From an uncultured virus (IMG/VR IMGVR_UViG_3300023292_000006) (Duplodnaviria > Heunggongvirae > Uroviricota > Caudoviricetes), in IMG/VR virus record IMGVR_UViG_3300023292_000006: a DNA stretch of 20,000 bases. One strand, given 5' to 3'. Below, in pieces: positions 8,294-15,987 of this stretch (position 1 is the stretch's first letter; each line of letters begins with the position of its first letter). The position numbers were made by a program, and so were the translations under genes. A model generated the notes under the pieces. The model did no database searches. It was not told the origin of the DNA and saw nothing but the letters and a program-made list of their open reading frames with translations.

Positions 8294-8531
8294 ATTTTTC
8301 CTTTGTATTGTTAATACTACTTCTAATTCTGATAGCTAATTCTGACACGCATTCGGGACAACTATCTTCTAGGAATCCTCCACCAGTGTAAACTTCCATT
8401 GGTTTAAATGTTTTGCATTGTCCACATTTTCTTTGACCAGGATCCAATTCTCCAATTATCTCATTTACTCCATATTTTTCTTTCATTAGTTGACCTTGAT
8501 AACTGGATGTTCTTTTAAGTTTTTCTTGCAT
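8265..8531 (-). CDS. DPD-motif zinc-finger family protein
   Basis: NEIIGELDPGQRKCGQC...SCPEC. Confidence 0.8.
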   Translation of the reverse strand: MQEKLKRTSSYQGQLMKEKYGVNEIIGELDPGQRKCGQCKTFKPMEVYTGGGFLEDSCPECVSELAIRIRSSINNTKEKYENTKPNRT

Positions 8532-8812
8532 TTTTCATCATCCATACATTTATTCCAGTTAGGATGAGCATCTTTCTTATCTATGTATTTAAAACAAGTA
8601 TAGCATTGGACCCTAGCAGGATCAAGACGATTAATGATATCTTCTACACCCATCCATTCATCTGGTTCTAACTCTATGAATGATCCATCTGTTGGGGGAT
8701 TATCTGCATTAAGAACACCCCAATCTGTCCGATCTTGTTGTTCTGCTTTCTTTATTGTCTCTTCTATATCTGGATGCGGTTTTTCCTTCTTGCGTCTTTT
8801 GAATATATTCAT
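8486..8812 (-). CDS. DPD-motif zinc-finger family protein with an N-terminal extension
   Basis: EDIINRLDPARVQCYTC...KCMDDEKC. Confidence 0.8.
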   Translation of the reverse strand: MNIFKRRKKEKPHPDIEETIKKAEQQDRTDWGVLNADNPPTDGSFIELEPDEWMGVEDIINRLDPARVQCYTCFKYIDKKDAHPNWNKCMDDEKCKKNLKEHPVIKVN

Positions 8813-8815
8813 ATC

Positions 8816-9301
8816 TCATTCTTTACTTTTTTGATAATCATCCACAAACCCACGGAGACGATTACCTGTAGGCAGCACACCTGAAAGAGATTTAATTTCC
8901 CACTGATGATGAGTTTTAAGCCATAGCAAGAAATCAAGAATGTCCATAGTATTATCCGGCATTTCTTCAATATGGGTTCTGAATCTGGTGTTGCTATTCA
9001 TATGTCGCTCAGTACCAAACACCAATTCATCAAGATCCTTGTTAGTGACTCTCTCATCATTTGAACCAATTGTCATCTTATAATTTTTTTGTACGTTAGC
9101 TAACACTGTCAACTCCTTGTTGTAACAATCTAGACAATCACTATAAAAATGTTTAGCATCTTTAAATAATTCTATATCTTTATATTCGCCACATTCTGCA
9201 CATAGAACCTTAGTAGGATCGAGTACACCAATTATCCTATGCACAGAGTTGTTTATCATGTTCATCTGCCTTATCTTGTAGTATTTCTGCACACCCCTCA
9301 C
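8816..9301 (-). CDS. DPD-motif zinc-finger family protein with a C-terminal extension
   Basis: HRIIGVLDPTKVLCAEC...DCLDC followed by about 100 further aa; the true start is probably a downstream Met. Confidence 0.8.
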   Translation of the reverse strand: MRGVQKYYKIRQMNMINNSVHRIIGVLDPTKVLCAECGEYKDIELFKDAKHFYSDCLDCYNKELTVLANVQKNYKMTIGSNDERVTNKDLDELVFGTERHMNSNTRFRTHIEEMPDNTMDILDFLLWLKTHHQWEIKSLSGVLPTGNRLRGFVDDYQKSKE

Positions 9302-9635
9302 AGAACCAACTACATTCTATATGGGACATGTAAATAAGAATACTTGGTGGTCCAGTCATGAGCCATATGTTTTTTCTCTCTTCCCATTCTTCATCAAATG
9401 GTTTATATTTCTCGCATATATCACAAAATCGTTGATCAGGATCTAACTCACCAATTATGAAATCAGCATGTTCGTCCTTCTTCAGGTCAATAGAGCATAA
9501 ACCACAAATTAAAACATCTCTACCATCATCTAGCATTACAGTGTTTGCAGATCTTAATTGACTGAATTCATGGCATTCATAACATTTAAATAAATTTGGA
9601 TCTAAGTAGTCTATAATGTCTTGTGCTGTTATCAT
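9237..9635 (-). CDS. tandem double DPD zinc-finger protein
   Basis: QDIIDYLDPNLFKCYEC...CGLC and DFIIGELDPDQRFCDIC...CEGC. Confidence 0.85.
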   Translation of the reverse strand: MITAQDIIDYLDPNLFKCYECHEFSQLRSANTVMLDDGRDVLICGLCSIDLKKDEHADFIIGELDPDQRFCDICEKYKPFDEEWEERKNIWLMTGPPSILIYMSHIECSWFCEGCAEILQDKADEHDKQLCA

Positions 9636-9876
9636 TTGTATTCATCTCCTTTCCTGTATAACCAATTCCTGGACTCTCTACGGCATTGTGGATGTCCAGC
9701 ATAATCTTATCTTCTATCCGTCCCTTAACCAGGCAGGGATAGCATGTGAACGTTAAATCAGCCGTTATCTCATCTTCTGGAATGAGTGTGCGGCATGGCT
9801 TCTTACATCTCCAACATATTACAATATGAGGGTCAATTTTATTAATGATATCAATGGTGTCCATATTCTCCCTCAC
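9586..9876 (-). CDS. DPD-motif zinc-finger family protein
   Basis: IDIINKIDPHIVICWRC...TCYPC. Confidence 0.8.
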   Translation of the reverse strand: MRENMDTIDIINKIDPHIVICWRCKKPCRTLIPEDEITADLTFTCYPCLVKGRIEDKIMLDIHNAVESPGIGYTGKEMNTNDNSTRHYRLLRSKFI

Positions 9877-10391
9877 TTGTTCATATGTTTTCGTTTCTTC
9901 TCATAGTAACCTTGTAGTCCCGCGCTTCCTTGCTCAATCTTAAAAATACAATACTTACAGAGATATTCTATATCTCTCTGATTACAATACTTACTGATCA
10001 TTATTGAACATCTTATTTGTTCTTTGAAGAAATCAATATCTGATTGAATCCTGTCGAACCCGCAGTCACAATGATTACATATGATCCTATCCGGATCAAT
10101 ACGATCTATTAAGTCTTGTGCATCAGACTCGGTTTGTGAATCTCTACCACGGGCATCTCTCGCCTTTTTCTGTTGTGTAGTATATTCACCAATCTGACAT
10201 TCCTCACATATCATTGTTTCTAGAGGGGATATCTTCGATGACTCATGCACCATCAAATTAACATGTTTGTATTGTTGACACAATAAACAAAACCTTTGAT
10301 CCGGATCGAGTTGTCCAATGATAAAATCAATCCTCGAGATCTTCTTGGGTTGATATGTCATCTCCAATCCTTTCAATAATTTCATCCGCAT
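9873..10391 (-). CDS. tandem double DPD zinc-finger protein
   Basis: DFIIGQLDPDQRFCLLC...CEEC and QDLIDRIDPDRIICNHC...CKYC; the start may be ATG 10361. Confidence 0.85.
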   Translation of the reverse strand: MRMKLLKGLEMTYQPKKISRIDFIIGQLDPDQRFCLLCQQYKHVNLMVHESSKISPLETMICEECQIGEYTTQQKKARDARGRDSQTESDAQDLIDRIDPDRIICNHCDCGFDRIQSDIDFFKEQIRCSIMISKYCNQRDIEYLCKYCIFKIEQGSAGLQGYYEKKRKHMNK

Positions 10392-10629
10392 GCAAAGATG
10401 TGATAAACTCTTTTCGTTCCTCTGATGGAACCATTTGAACTACTTGTCTAGTAAAATCTAGTAGTGAATCGAAATCGTGTCCCTCATCACAACCCTCATA
10501 TAGATTCCCAATGAAACCAACTATGTCCTCCAATGTATTACTATGATTCGTCATAATCATTTCAGCCAATACACTAGCTTCAATATTCATACTGACATCA
10601 TTCTCTAGATCCAAAAATAACTTAGACAT
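10327..10629 (-). CDS. acidic hypothetical protein
   Basis: 100 aa, D/E-rich; ends with ADEIIERIGDD, which resembles the family helix. Confidence 0.7.
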   Translation of the reverse strand: MSKLFLDLENDVSMNIEASVLAEMIMTNHSNTLEDIVGFIGNLYEGCDEGHDFDSLLDFTRQVVQMVPSEERKEFITSLHADEIIERIGDDISTQEDLED

Positions 10630-10631
10630 AT

Positions 10632-10823
10632 CTACCCCTTATATTCATGATCATCTGCACAATGGTTACACATTCTAACTATTATTATGTCTGGTTTCAT
10701 TTGAATTATTATGTTATCACAATTCGTTATATGACACCAATCCTTACATACTCCACATTTCTCCATATCTGGATCAATTGCTGATACAATATTATTGACG
10801 ATCTTTGTATTCTTCACATTCAT
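10632..10823 (-). CDS. DPD-motif zinc-finger family protein
   Basis: NNIVSAIDPDMEKCGVC...MCNHC. Confidence 0.8.
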   Translation of the reverse strand: MNVKNTKIVNNIVSAIDPDMEKCGVCKDWCHITNCDNIIIQMKPDIIIVRMCNHCADDHEYKG

Positions 10824-11004
10824 TTATATTCCTACATAATACCGTCCCCCAAGGATCCGTGTCCAAGAATTTCTTATCTATACTCCGTCCACATTCTTCA
10901 CATATAAGAGTATCAGGATCTATCTTATCGATTATTTCACTAGCGGTAATATTTTTGCAAAATTTTGTATCTGTGACATTTTTGATAATTGTATTTGATG
11001 ACAT
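10792..11004 (-). CDS. DPD-motif zinc-finger family protein
   Basis: SEIIDKIDPDTLICEEC...LCRNINEC; AGGAG SD. Confidence 0.8.
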   Translation of the reverse strand: MSSNTIIKNVTDTKFCKNITASEIIDKIDPDTLICEECGRSIDKKFLDTDPWGTVLCRNINECEEYKDRQ

Positions 11005-11204
11005 TCTCTCCTATTAATACATTTATAAAGTGTTGTATACCTTACCATAATTAGTTTATCTTTATGGATTTTTCGTTTACATTCGTTACATTCAAATAGA
11101 TCAGGATCGATCTCTTCAATAATATCTATAGCTGATTTTGAATTTGGTGAAAACTTCTCACTTATGCTTAACTGGGTTTTTAAGGTCACATGTGTACAAT
11201 TCAT
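10932..11204 (-). CDS. DPD-motif zinc-finger family protein
   Basis: IDIIEEIDPDLFECNEC...KCINRREC. Confidence 0.75.
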   Translation of the reverse strand: MNCTHVTLKTQLSISEKFSPNSKSAIDIIEEIDPDLFECNECKRKIHKDKLIMVRYTTLYKCINRRECHQIQLSKMSQIQNFAKILPLVK

Positions 11205-11478
11205 AATCTACTCCCATGTTCATACCTATAAAATTGATAAAGTCGACGAGGATAGCTTCAATATGTCTTTGTTGAACCCGTTCCCCTTCTTCGATATCAT
11301 TCATATGTCTATTCCTTTCCAATGATGGTTGAGCATCATTTTGATAATGAATAGCATATTCCCTACACATACTCAACAAATCTGATCTGGTAGAGATAGT
11401 GGTTGGATCAAGTCTATCAATAATTTGTGATACCTCAGGAGAAATCATCTGAGGTATCACACCTTTTCTATCATCCAT
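11158..11478 (-). CDS. protein with the helix-DP motif fused to a non-zinc-finger domain
   Basis: SQIIDRLDPTT with no CxxC pairs; AAGGAG SD. Confidence 0.75.
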   Translation of the reverse strand: MDDRKGVIPQMISPEVSQIIDRLDPTTISTRSDLLSMCREYAIHYQNDAQPSLERNRHMNDIEEGERVQQRHIEAILVDFINFIGMNMGVDYELYTCDLKNPVKHK

Positions 11479-11487
11479 TGAATCTCC

Positions 11488-11718
11488 TTAAACATCATAC
11501 GTTTTAAGCATTTCGACATACACTCTTGTATCCTCACAGTCCACACATTTGTATTCTCTGTAGATCCATTTAATATGCTCATCGTTTGTTTTAGTACATG
11601 CAATACAATCTTCAGGATGAATCATTATCCCAAATGGACATGCGAAGTAATCAGGATCGATATTAGATATGATTCCTTCTACTGATTGGTCCAGTTGCTC
11701 TGTATCTACTTTTGACAA
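11488..11718 (-). CDS. DPD-motif Cys-rich protein (variant finger)
   Basis: EGIISNIDPDYFACPF...CIAC...KCVDC; TTG start with GGAGGAG SD. Confidence 0.75.
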   Translation of the reverse strand: MSKVDTEQLDQSVEGIISNIDPDYFACPFGIMIHPEDCIACTKTNDEHIKWIYREYKCVDCEDTRVYVEMLKTYDV

Positions 11719-11956
11719 TTTGTTCTCCTCCCACTATAACCTCATCAGCCGAATACATTATTGATTTGGATCTTCTGAGATTACAATTATCACAAAAACA
11801 CATATCTTGGTAAATATCTCTTCGATTTTTCCTAGCATGTATATATAGGATACTTTTTTTAATATCCACATATTTCCCACAACTTTCACAAAAAACTTTA
11901 GATGGATCTAATTTATCGATTAAGTCAGTGAGCTTTGTATTAGTAGATTCTACGAT
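11663..11956 (-). CDS. DPD-motif zinc-finger family protein; the frame extends upstream of the track ORF without a canonical start
   Basis: In-frame upstream extension of 11663..11869 reads ...LTDLIDKLDPSKVFCESCGKYVDIKK...CFCDNC; candidate ATC start at 11956 after GAGGG. Confidence 0.65.
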   Translation of the reverse strand: MVESTNTKLTDLIDKLDPSKVFCESCGKYVDIKKSILYIHARKNRRDIYQDMCFCDNCNLRRSKSIMYSADEVIVGGEQIVKSRYRATGPISRRNHI

Positions 11957-12186
11957 GTTCGCATTCCCTCTTTAAGTTTTTGGAATTCATCGCTATCAAC
12001 GAAGTTAGCAAAAATGTCCCATTCATCTGGCTTAGAATTAATGAGTTCATTTAGAGCGTCTTTATCATTGGCTGAAAAAATTGTATTCAATTCATCAACA
12101 ATGACGATTTCCGGTCGTGTCTCTTTGATTTTCTGGAGTGTTTCGACTGTCCGAGCAGCTTTTTCTGTTTCGCATATCTGTGACAT
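11950..12186 (-). CDS. hypothetical protein
   Basis: 78 aa; AAGGT SD. Confidence 0.65.
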   Translation of the reverse strand: MSQICETEKAARTVETLQKIKETRPEIVIVDELNTIFSANDKDALNELINSKPDEWDIFANFVDSDEFQKLKEGMRTS

Positions 12187-12198
12187 GTTATTTACCTT

Positions 12199-12582
12199 TT
12201 AGTTATACCACTTATTATATTCATTATTTGATCTTTTACCGGTATAGGTTTTTTTGTATTCAACCATATTATCTTGCCATGTTATACGAGATTTATTTAT
12301 CCTATCAGATTCACGTTGGAGATTGCGCATTGCATTAGACTCCCCATCGTGGAATCCTTGTATATATACATCTCTAAGCATGTGTAAACAATGGCTACAT
12401 ATCCACGTGAATCCGCGATGTCTTAACCATTGAGTGAATTTATCAGTGCTACCATCAAATGAAAACCTATCATTCAATCCTACATGGGTAATATTCGTAT
12501 GATGTAAAAATATATTACAATTGGAACATTGTACTTTATCGGGATCAATCACCCCGATTATTCTATCAATATCACAATTCAT
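12199..12582 (-). CDS. DPD-motif zinc-finger family protein
   Basis: DRIIGVIDPDKVQCSNC...ICSHC. Confidence 0.8.
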   Translation of the reverse strand: MNCDIDRIIGVIDPDKVQCSNCNIFLHHTNITHVGLNDRFSFDGSTDKFTQWLRHRGFTWICSHCLHMLRDVYIQGFHDGESNAMRNLQRESDRINKSRITWQDNMVEYKKTYTGKRSNNEYNKWYN

Positions 12583-13078
12583 GGCATAATTTTCTCCTTG
12601 TAATTCCTATTTGTCTTATTTTTAAATCACCAACTCTCATTCCTTCAAGACAATCATGGCATATATGTAATCGGTATATATGATGTGTCGAATAACAGTC
12701 AGACATTTTATCTCTCGTTAACTCGGTTTTGCAATAAGCACATATATTAATATCGACCACGGTGTTTCCTAGCCACGCTATAATCTTATCGACCCCACTA
12801 TATTCATCTATTACTGATACATCAAGTGAAGAATATCCATGACCCCTACTCCTACTCAATTTTGATGTGAGTCTACCGAACTGTTTCCATATTAAGATTT
12901 CATCTTTTTTATGACACTTCCATAATAGTGATGATATAGTCGACGATTCGACATATCTGGTACCAAAATTAATATTAGAATAATGTCGAATACCTGCTCC
13001 GGTTAATATTATATCACTACAATCTAATACTCTAAGTGTTGTTGCCTTAATGGTCATTCTTCTACACTTTTTTGCCAC
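12572..13078 (-). CDS. hypothetical protein with a C-terminal degenerate family zinc finger
   Basis: VDKIIAWLGNTVVDINICAYC...ICHDC. Confidence 0.7.
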   Translation of the reverse strand: MAKKCRRMTIKATTLRVLDCSDIILTGAGIRHYSNINFGTRYVESSTISSLLWKCHKKDEILIWKQFGRLTSKLSRSRGHGYSSLDVSVIDEYSGVDKIIAWLGNTVVDINICAYCKTELTRDKMSDCYSTHHIYRLHICHDCLEGMRVGDLKIRQIGITRRKLCHEL

Positions 13079-13446
13079 GTAATCTTCGGATTACTGAGCT
13101 GGCATATAATCCATACATCAGTCAATTTAAGGTTATTCAATTCCCGTAGGAATTCTTTCCTATCTTTAAATGACTTACATATGCATTTTTTGATTGTTAA
13201 CTCAGTACCTATTACTGCGCGTACATCATAATCCGTTCTATGATGTACCTGTTCAATTGGTCCAGATTGACATGATAGTTTGAATTGACCTTTATGTAAT
13301 ATGTACACCCGAAATATATCCCCATTCCTTTGATAGATTATCATCCGATTAGTATCAGTGATGGATGAGAGAATTATATATTCGAACTTGGAATTTATGA
13401 AATCATTGATAGGTGGTATGTCTTTCTTTATTTTATATATTTCCAT
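13054..13446 (-). CDS. hypothetical protein, WII-motif paralog cluster member 3
   Basis: C-terminal FLRELNNLKLTDVWIICQL. Confidence 0.7.
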   Translation of the reverse strand: MEIYKIKKDIPPINDFINSKFEYIILSSITDTNRMIIYQRNGDIFRVYILHKGQFKLSCQSGPIEQVHHRTDYDVRAVIGTELTIKKCICKSFKDRKEFLRELNNLKLTDVWIICQLSNPKITWQKSVEE

Positions 13447-13961
13447 TAATATCCTCTCCGATTTATTGCATTCTTACCTACGACTAATTTAATCTTTTCC
13501 ATCTTTGAATCAGCTATTCGGCTGATGATCCACTCTGTCCACCATTCCTGATCTTCCATTACAGATCTAAAGTCATTCTCATTGGACATGAAGAACATCT
13601 GGTAAAGCATAGCCTCGAGATTTACCTGATTGACTAATCGATTCAGATCATGTTCCCTCAATAGACTGGGGATAGAACTTCTGATGTGTGTCAATAGACA
13701 AAACTCTTTCGTCTTTATATTCCTCCCATAATGAATATATTTAATGTCAGAATAATGCTGATTAATAAGTATTGAAGGGTAATGTTTCTTCATTTTGTCC
13801 ATGAAAAAATCAGAGTGTCTGCTTACTTTATCAACAATCTTCTCTAATATGTAGATTGCATCAGTCATAAAATTCCACATAATAATATAATTATATTGAT
13901 GAACCAGAACATTCCATTCGTTATTATCTGATATCTCATCGCTAAATAATATCCTTGTCAT
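13446..13961 (-). CDS. hypothetical protein, WII-motif paralog cluster member 2
   Basis: C-terminal FRSVMEDQEWWTEWIISRI; GGAGGAG SD. Confidence 0.7.
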   Translation of the reverse strand: MTRILFSDEISDNNEWNVLVHQYNYIIMWNFMTDAIYILEKIVDKVSRHSDFFMDKMKKHYPSILINQHYSDIKYIHYGRNIKTKEFCLLTHIRSSIPSLLREHDLNRLVNQVNLEAMLYQMFFMSNENDFRSVMEDQEWWTEWIISRIADSKMEKIKLVVGKNAINRRGY

Positions 13962-14332
13962 GGAACTCCTCCCTTCATCAATTTATATATGATCCATTCA
14001 GATTGAACACCCATCTCTTTTAGTATTTTAGTTAGACCCTCAACATTGCAAAAATATACACATTTAATATCCGTGTCATGTAATGTTGTACCGATTGCTG
14101 ATGACCAAGTAGATGGTTCGAATTTATTCTTATCTCTATCAAATATATCTGTATCGGTGTTCCATTGACCTCTATCAAACTTCTTGTATGGTACCATGAA
14201 GTAATTTACGATATAGATTCTTTCTAGTTTAATAAAAACCAAGTAAGGGTTTTTTGATAGTATCGAACTAAATGTATTAAGCAACTTCCCTTTGGTTGCT
14301 GCACAAATATCAAATTTTAATATAGCATTCAT
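13958..14332 (-). CDS. hypothetical protein, WII-motif paralog cluster member 1
   Basis: C-terminal LTKILKEMGVQSEWIIYKL; ATGA coupling with the next gene. Confidence 0.7.
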   Translation of the reverse strand: MNAILKFDICAATKGKLLNTFSSILSKNPYLVFIKLERIYIVNYFMVPYKKFDRGQWNTDTDIFDRDKNKFEPSTWSSAIGTTLHDTDIKCVYFCNVEGLTKILKEMGVQSEWIIYKLMKGGVP

Positions 14333-14338
14333 GGTTTA

Positions 14339-14692
14339 TTAGTGATGATCAGCGTAGTTGACTAGATAATCACTAACCCATGAAAAATCTTCTGGGTTAT
14401 GAGACCATCTCCAACCAGTCAATTTACCAACATCAACCTCGTCCCCCCACATCATAACCAAGTCAGTTCTACCACCAGTAGTTGTCAATAGGTAAAAGTC
14501 TTCCCATTCTCCTCTGGTGTTGGTTGGTACAATCCCTGCTTTGTGCCATATCTCATTCAACCCATGTATCCAATCAACGTGGGGTTCTCCTGCGCCTAGT
14601 ATGACAATTCCTTCACGGTCATCTTTCATACTAAGTAATTCATTGAATGTTAACTCTTTAATGACGATGTTATCTTTGGATAATACTTCCAT
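14339..14692 (-). CDS. hypothetical protein
   Basis: 117 aa; GAGGG SD; globular Trp-rich sequence. Confidence 0.75.
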   Translation of the reverse strand: MEVLSKDNIVIKELTFNELLSMKDDREGIVILGAGEPHVDWIHGLNEIWHKAGIVPTNTRGEWEDFYLLTTTGGRTDLVMMWGDEVDVGKLTGWRWSHNPEDFSWVSDYLVNYADHH

Positions 14693-14716
14693 ACAAATAC
14701 CCTCAACTTCCTTAGT

Positions 14717-15154
14717 TTACTCAGTTACTATGCTAAAATCAATTTCCTTCATCCATATGAATGTGACCTCTTGAGCTTCTATGAGTGATAGAATATTTTT
14801 TCTACCTTGCTCATTCAAACTATGTAGGTATATATTCTCTGGTTTTAATGAAGGATTCTCTGATAGGAATTTTGCTACCCTATAACCAGTATCTTCTTCA
14901 CCAAATGAATCAACATAAACATGACCACCAAGATCATGGTCCAGAAACAATCCCCACCATTTCTCATTATTCAATTTTTCAATACATTCTGCTGAAGTCT
15001 TGACTATACATAGTTCTGCATTTACAAAATTGTCCCGGAATAAAGTGATTCGTTCATCATTATCTTCTAGTATTAATATCTTTTTCATAGGTTTTCCTTT
15101 ACAATAATCTGTACCACCCTTTAATAGTAAATATATATAGAAAGGTTCCGCCAT
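14717..15154 (-). CDS. stand-alone receiver-fold protein, cyclic-phosphate-processing REC (cREC)-like
   Basis: KILILEDN, LFLDHDLG, TGY.VA.FL and IYLHSLN..G..NI motifs; likely start ATG 15088. Confidence 0.8.
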   Translation of the reverse strand: MAEPFYIYLLLKGGTDYCKGKPMKKILILEDNDERITLFRDNFVNAELCIVKTSAECIEKLNNEKWWGLFLDHDLGGHVYVDSFGEEDTGYRVAKFLSENPSLKPENIYLHSLNEQGRKNILSLIEAQEVTFIWMKEIDFSIVTE

Positions 15155-15160
15155 TCAAGT

Positions 15161-15484
15161 TTAGATGGATCTGGATAATTCCTTGTCTATTTGTGTACCT
15201 ATCATATTTACTAACTCTCCCTCTATGTCTACTCCGTACAAACTTATGATATCTTGCTCTTCTTCAAATTCCCACTCCCAATAATCTTTACCATTACATG
15301 GGATACATAACGGACGAGTCGACGGTCTGAACATATCTGGTTGACCCGATTGTTTTAACATCTTTTGTTTGCAACGCTGAGTCACATGACGATATTGGTT
15401 ACATGTTGTACACATAAAATAATCAGGATCTAACTCCTTGATTAGATTATCTCTAGTTTCCAAATTCTTTCTTATTTTTGTCAC
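15161..15484 (-). CDS. DPD-motif zinc-finger family protein
   Basis: DNLIKELDPDYFMCTTC...LCIPC. Confidence 0.8.
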   Translation of the reverse strand: MTKIRKNLETRDNLIKELDPDYFMCTTCNQYRHVTQRCKQKMLKQSGQPDMFRPSTRPLCIPCNGKDYWEWEFEEEQDIISLYGVDIEGELVNMIGTQIDKELSRSI

Positions 15485-15701
15485 GTTTTTTCAACCCTTC
15501 CGTGAAATCACCTTTGCATTCATCACATGTCATGATCCGTCTATACCCAGCAAAACAAGATTGGGAAGGTGAAGCATCTGAGTTACAAATTACGAAGGAT
15601 TCTTCAGTTTTAAACTCCCTGCAACATTCACACATTGTGAAATCTGGATCTATAAATTTAACAATCCTATCAGCTTTATCAGATATAACTTCCATACTCA
15701 A
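15453..15701 (-). CDS. DPD-motif zinc-finger family protein
   Basis: DRIVKFIDPDFTMCECC...TCDEC. Confidence 0.8.
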   Translation of the reverse strand: MSMEVISDKADRIVKFIDPDFTMCECCREFKTEESFVICNSDASPSQSCFAGYRRIMTCDECKGDFTEGLKKRDKNKKEFGN

Positions 15702-15722
15702 TTCCAGTTAATACAGTTTTAT

Positions 15723-15983
15723 TTATTGTTTAGTAACATGTAGCTTAAATATTGCTTTAGCGAATCCCTGAACGTGTTTACCAATAGGAGCACATTCTTT
15801 GCAAAGATAGAACTTCTGCTGATTATCCTGTGTAGTAATTTCCCATAATGGTTCTCTTGATACTTCCATTCTACATTTCATACAGAAGCACCACTTAGTC
15901 AATGGGAGGATATCTTTGAATGTACCATATTTTTTATGTGATGTTCTTTTCATAAGTTCTCCGGGTGGAAACCCGCCTTTCAT
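15723..15983 (-). CDS. small zinc-finger protein without the DP motif
   Basis: FCMKC...YLCKEC. Confidence 0.65.
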   Translation of the reverse strand: MKGGFPPGELMKRTSHKKYGTFKDILPLTKWCFCMKCRMEVSREPLWEITTQDNQQKFYLCKECAPIGKHVQGFAKAIFKLHVTKQ

Positions 15984-15987
15984 ATTA

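Noticed and set aside
11950..12186. Walker B-like RPEIVIVDE suggesting an ATPase
   Set aside because: The protein is only 78 aa with no Walker A; at most a fragment or a coincidence.
638..15701. Recurrent GATCC(A/T/G)GAT sequence as a DNA repeat, CRISPR repeat or integron-like cassette site
   Set aside because: It is the Asp-Pro-Asp coding sequence; third positions vary synonymously, spacing is irregular and every copy examined is in frame within a gene.
638..15701. Diversity-generating retroelement driving zinc-finger variation
   Set aside because: No reverse transcriptase in the window and no near-identical template/variable repeat pair differing only at adenines was seen; the paralogs are deeply diverged.
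109..15711. Plus-strand ORFs in the track (e.g. 109-339, 386-697, 1615-1872, 4838-5101, 14517-14774) and nested minus ORFs 4440-4628 and 5320-5559
   Set aside because: They are antisense or alternate-frame shadows of better supported genes, with no recognisable motifs.
1..15983. Alternative genetic code (TAG or TGA reassignment) as the cause of the many short ORFs
   Set aside because: Neighbouring ORFs lie in different frames with their own SD motifs and ATGA or short overlaps; TAA, TGA and TAG all end genes cleanly, and the long genes are uninterrupted. Only one internal TGA (1688-1690) was found.
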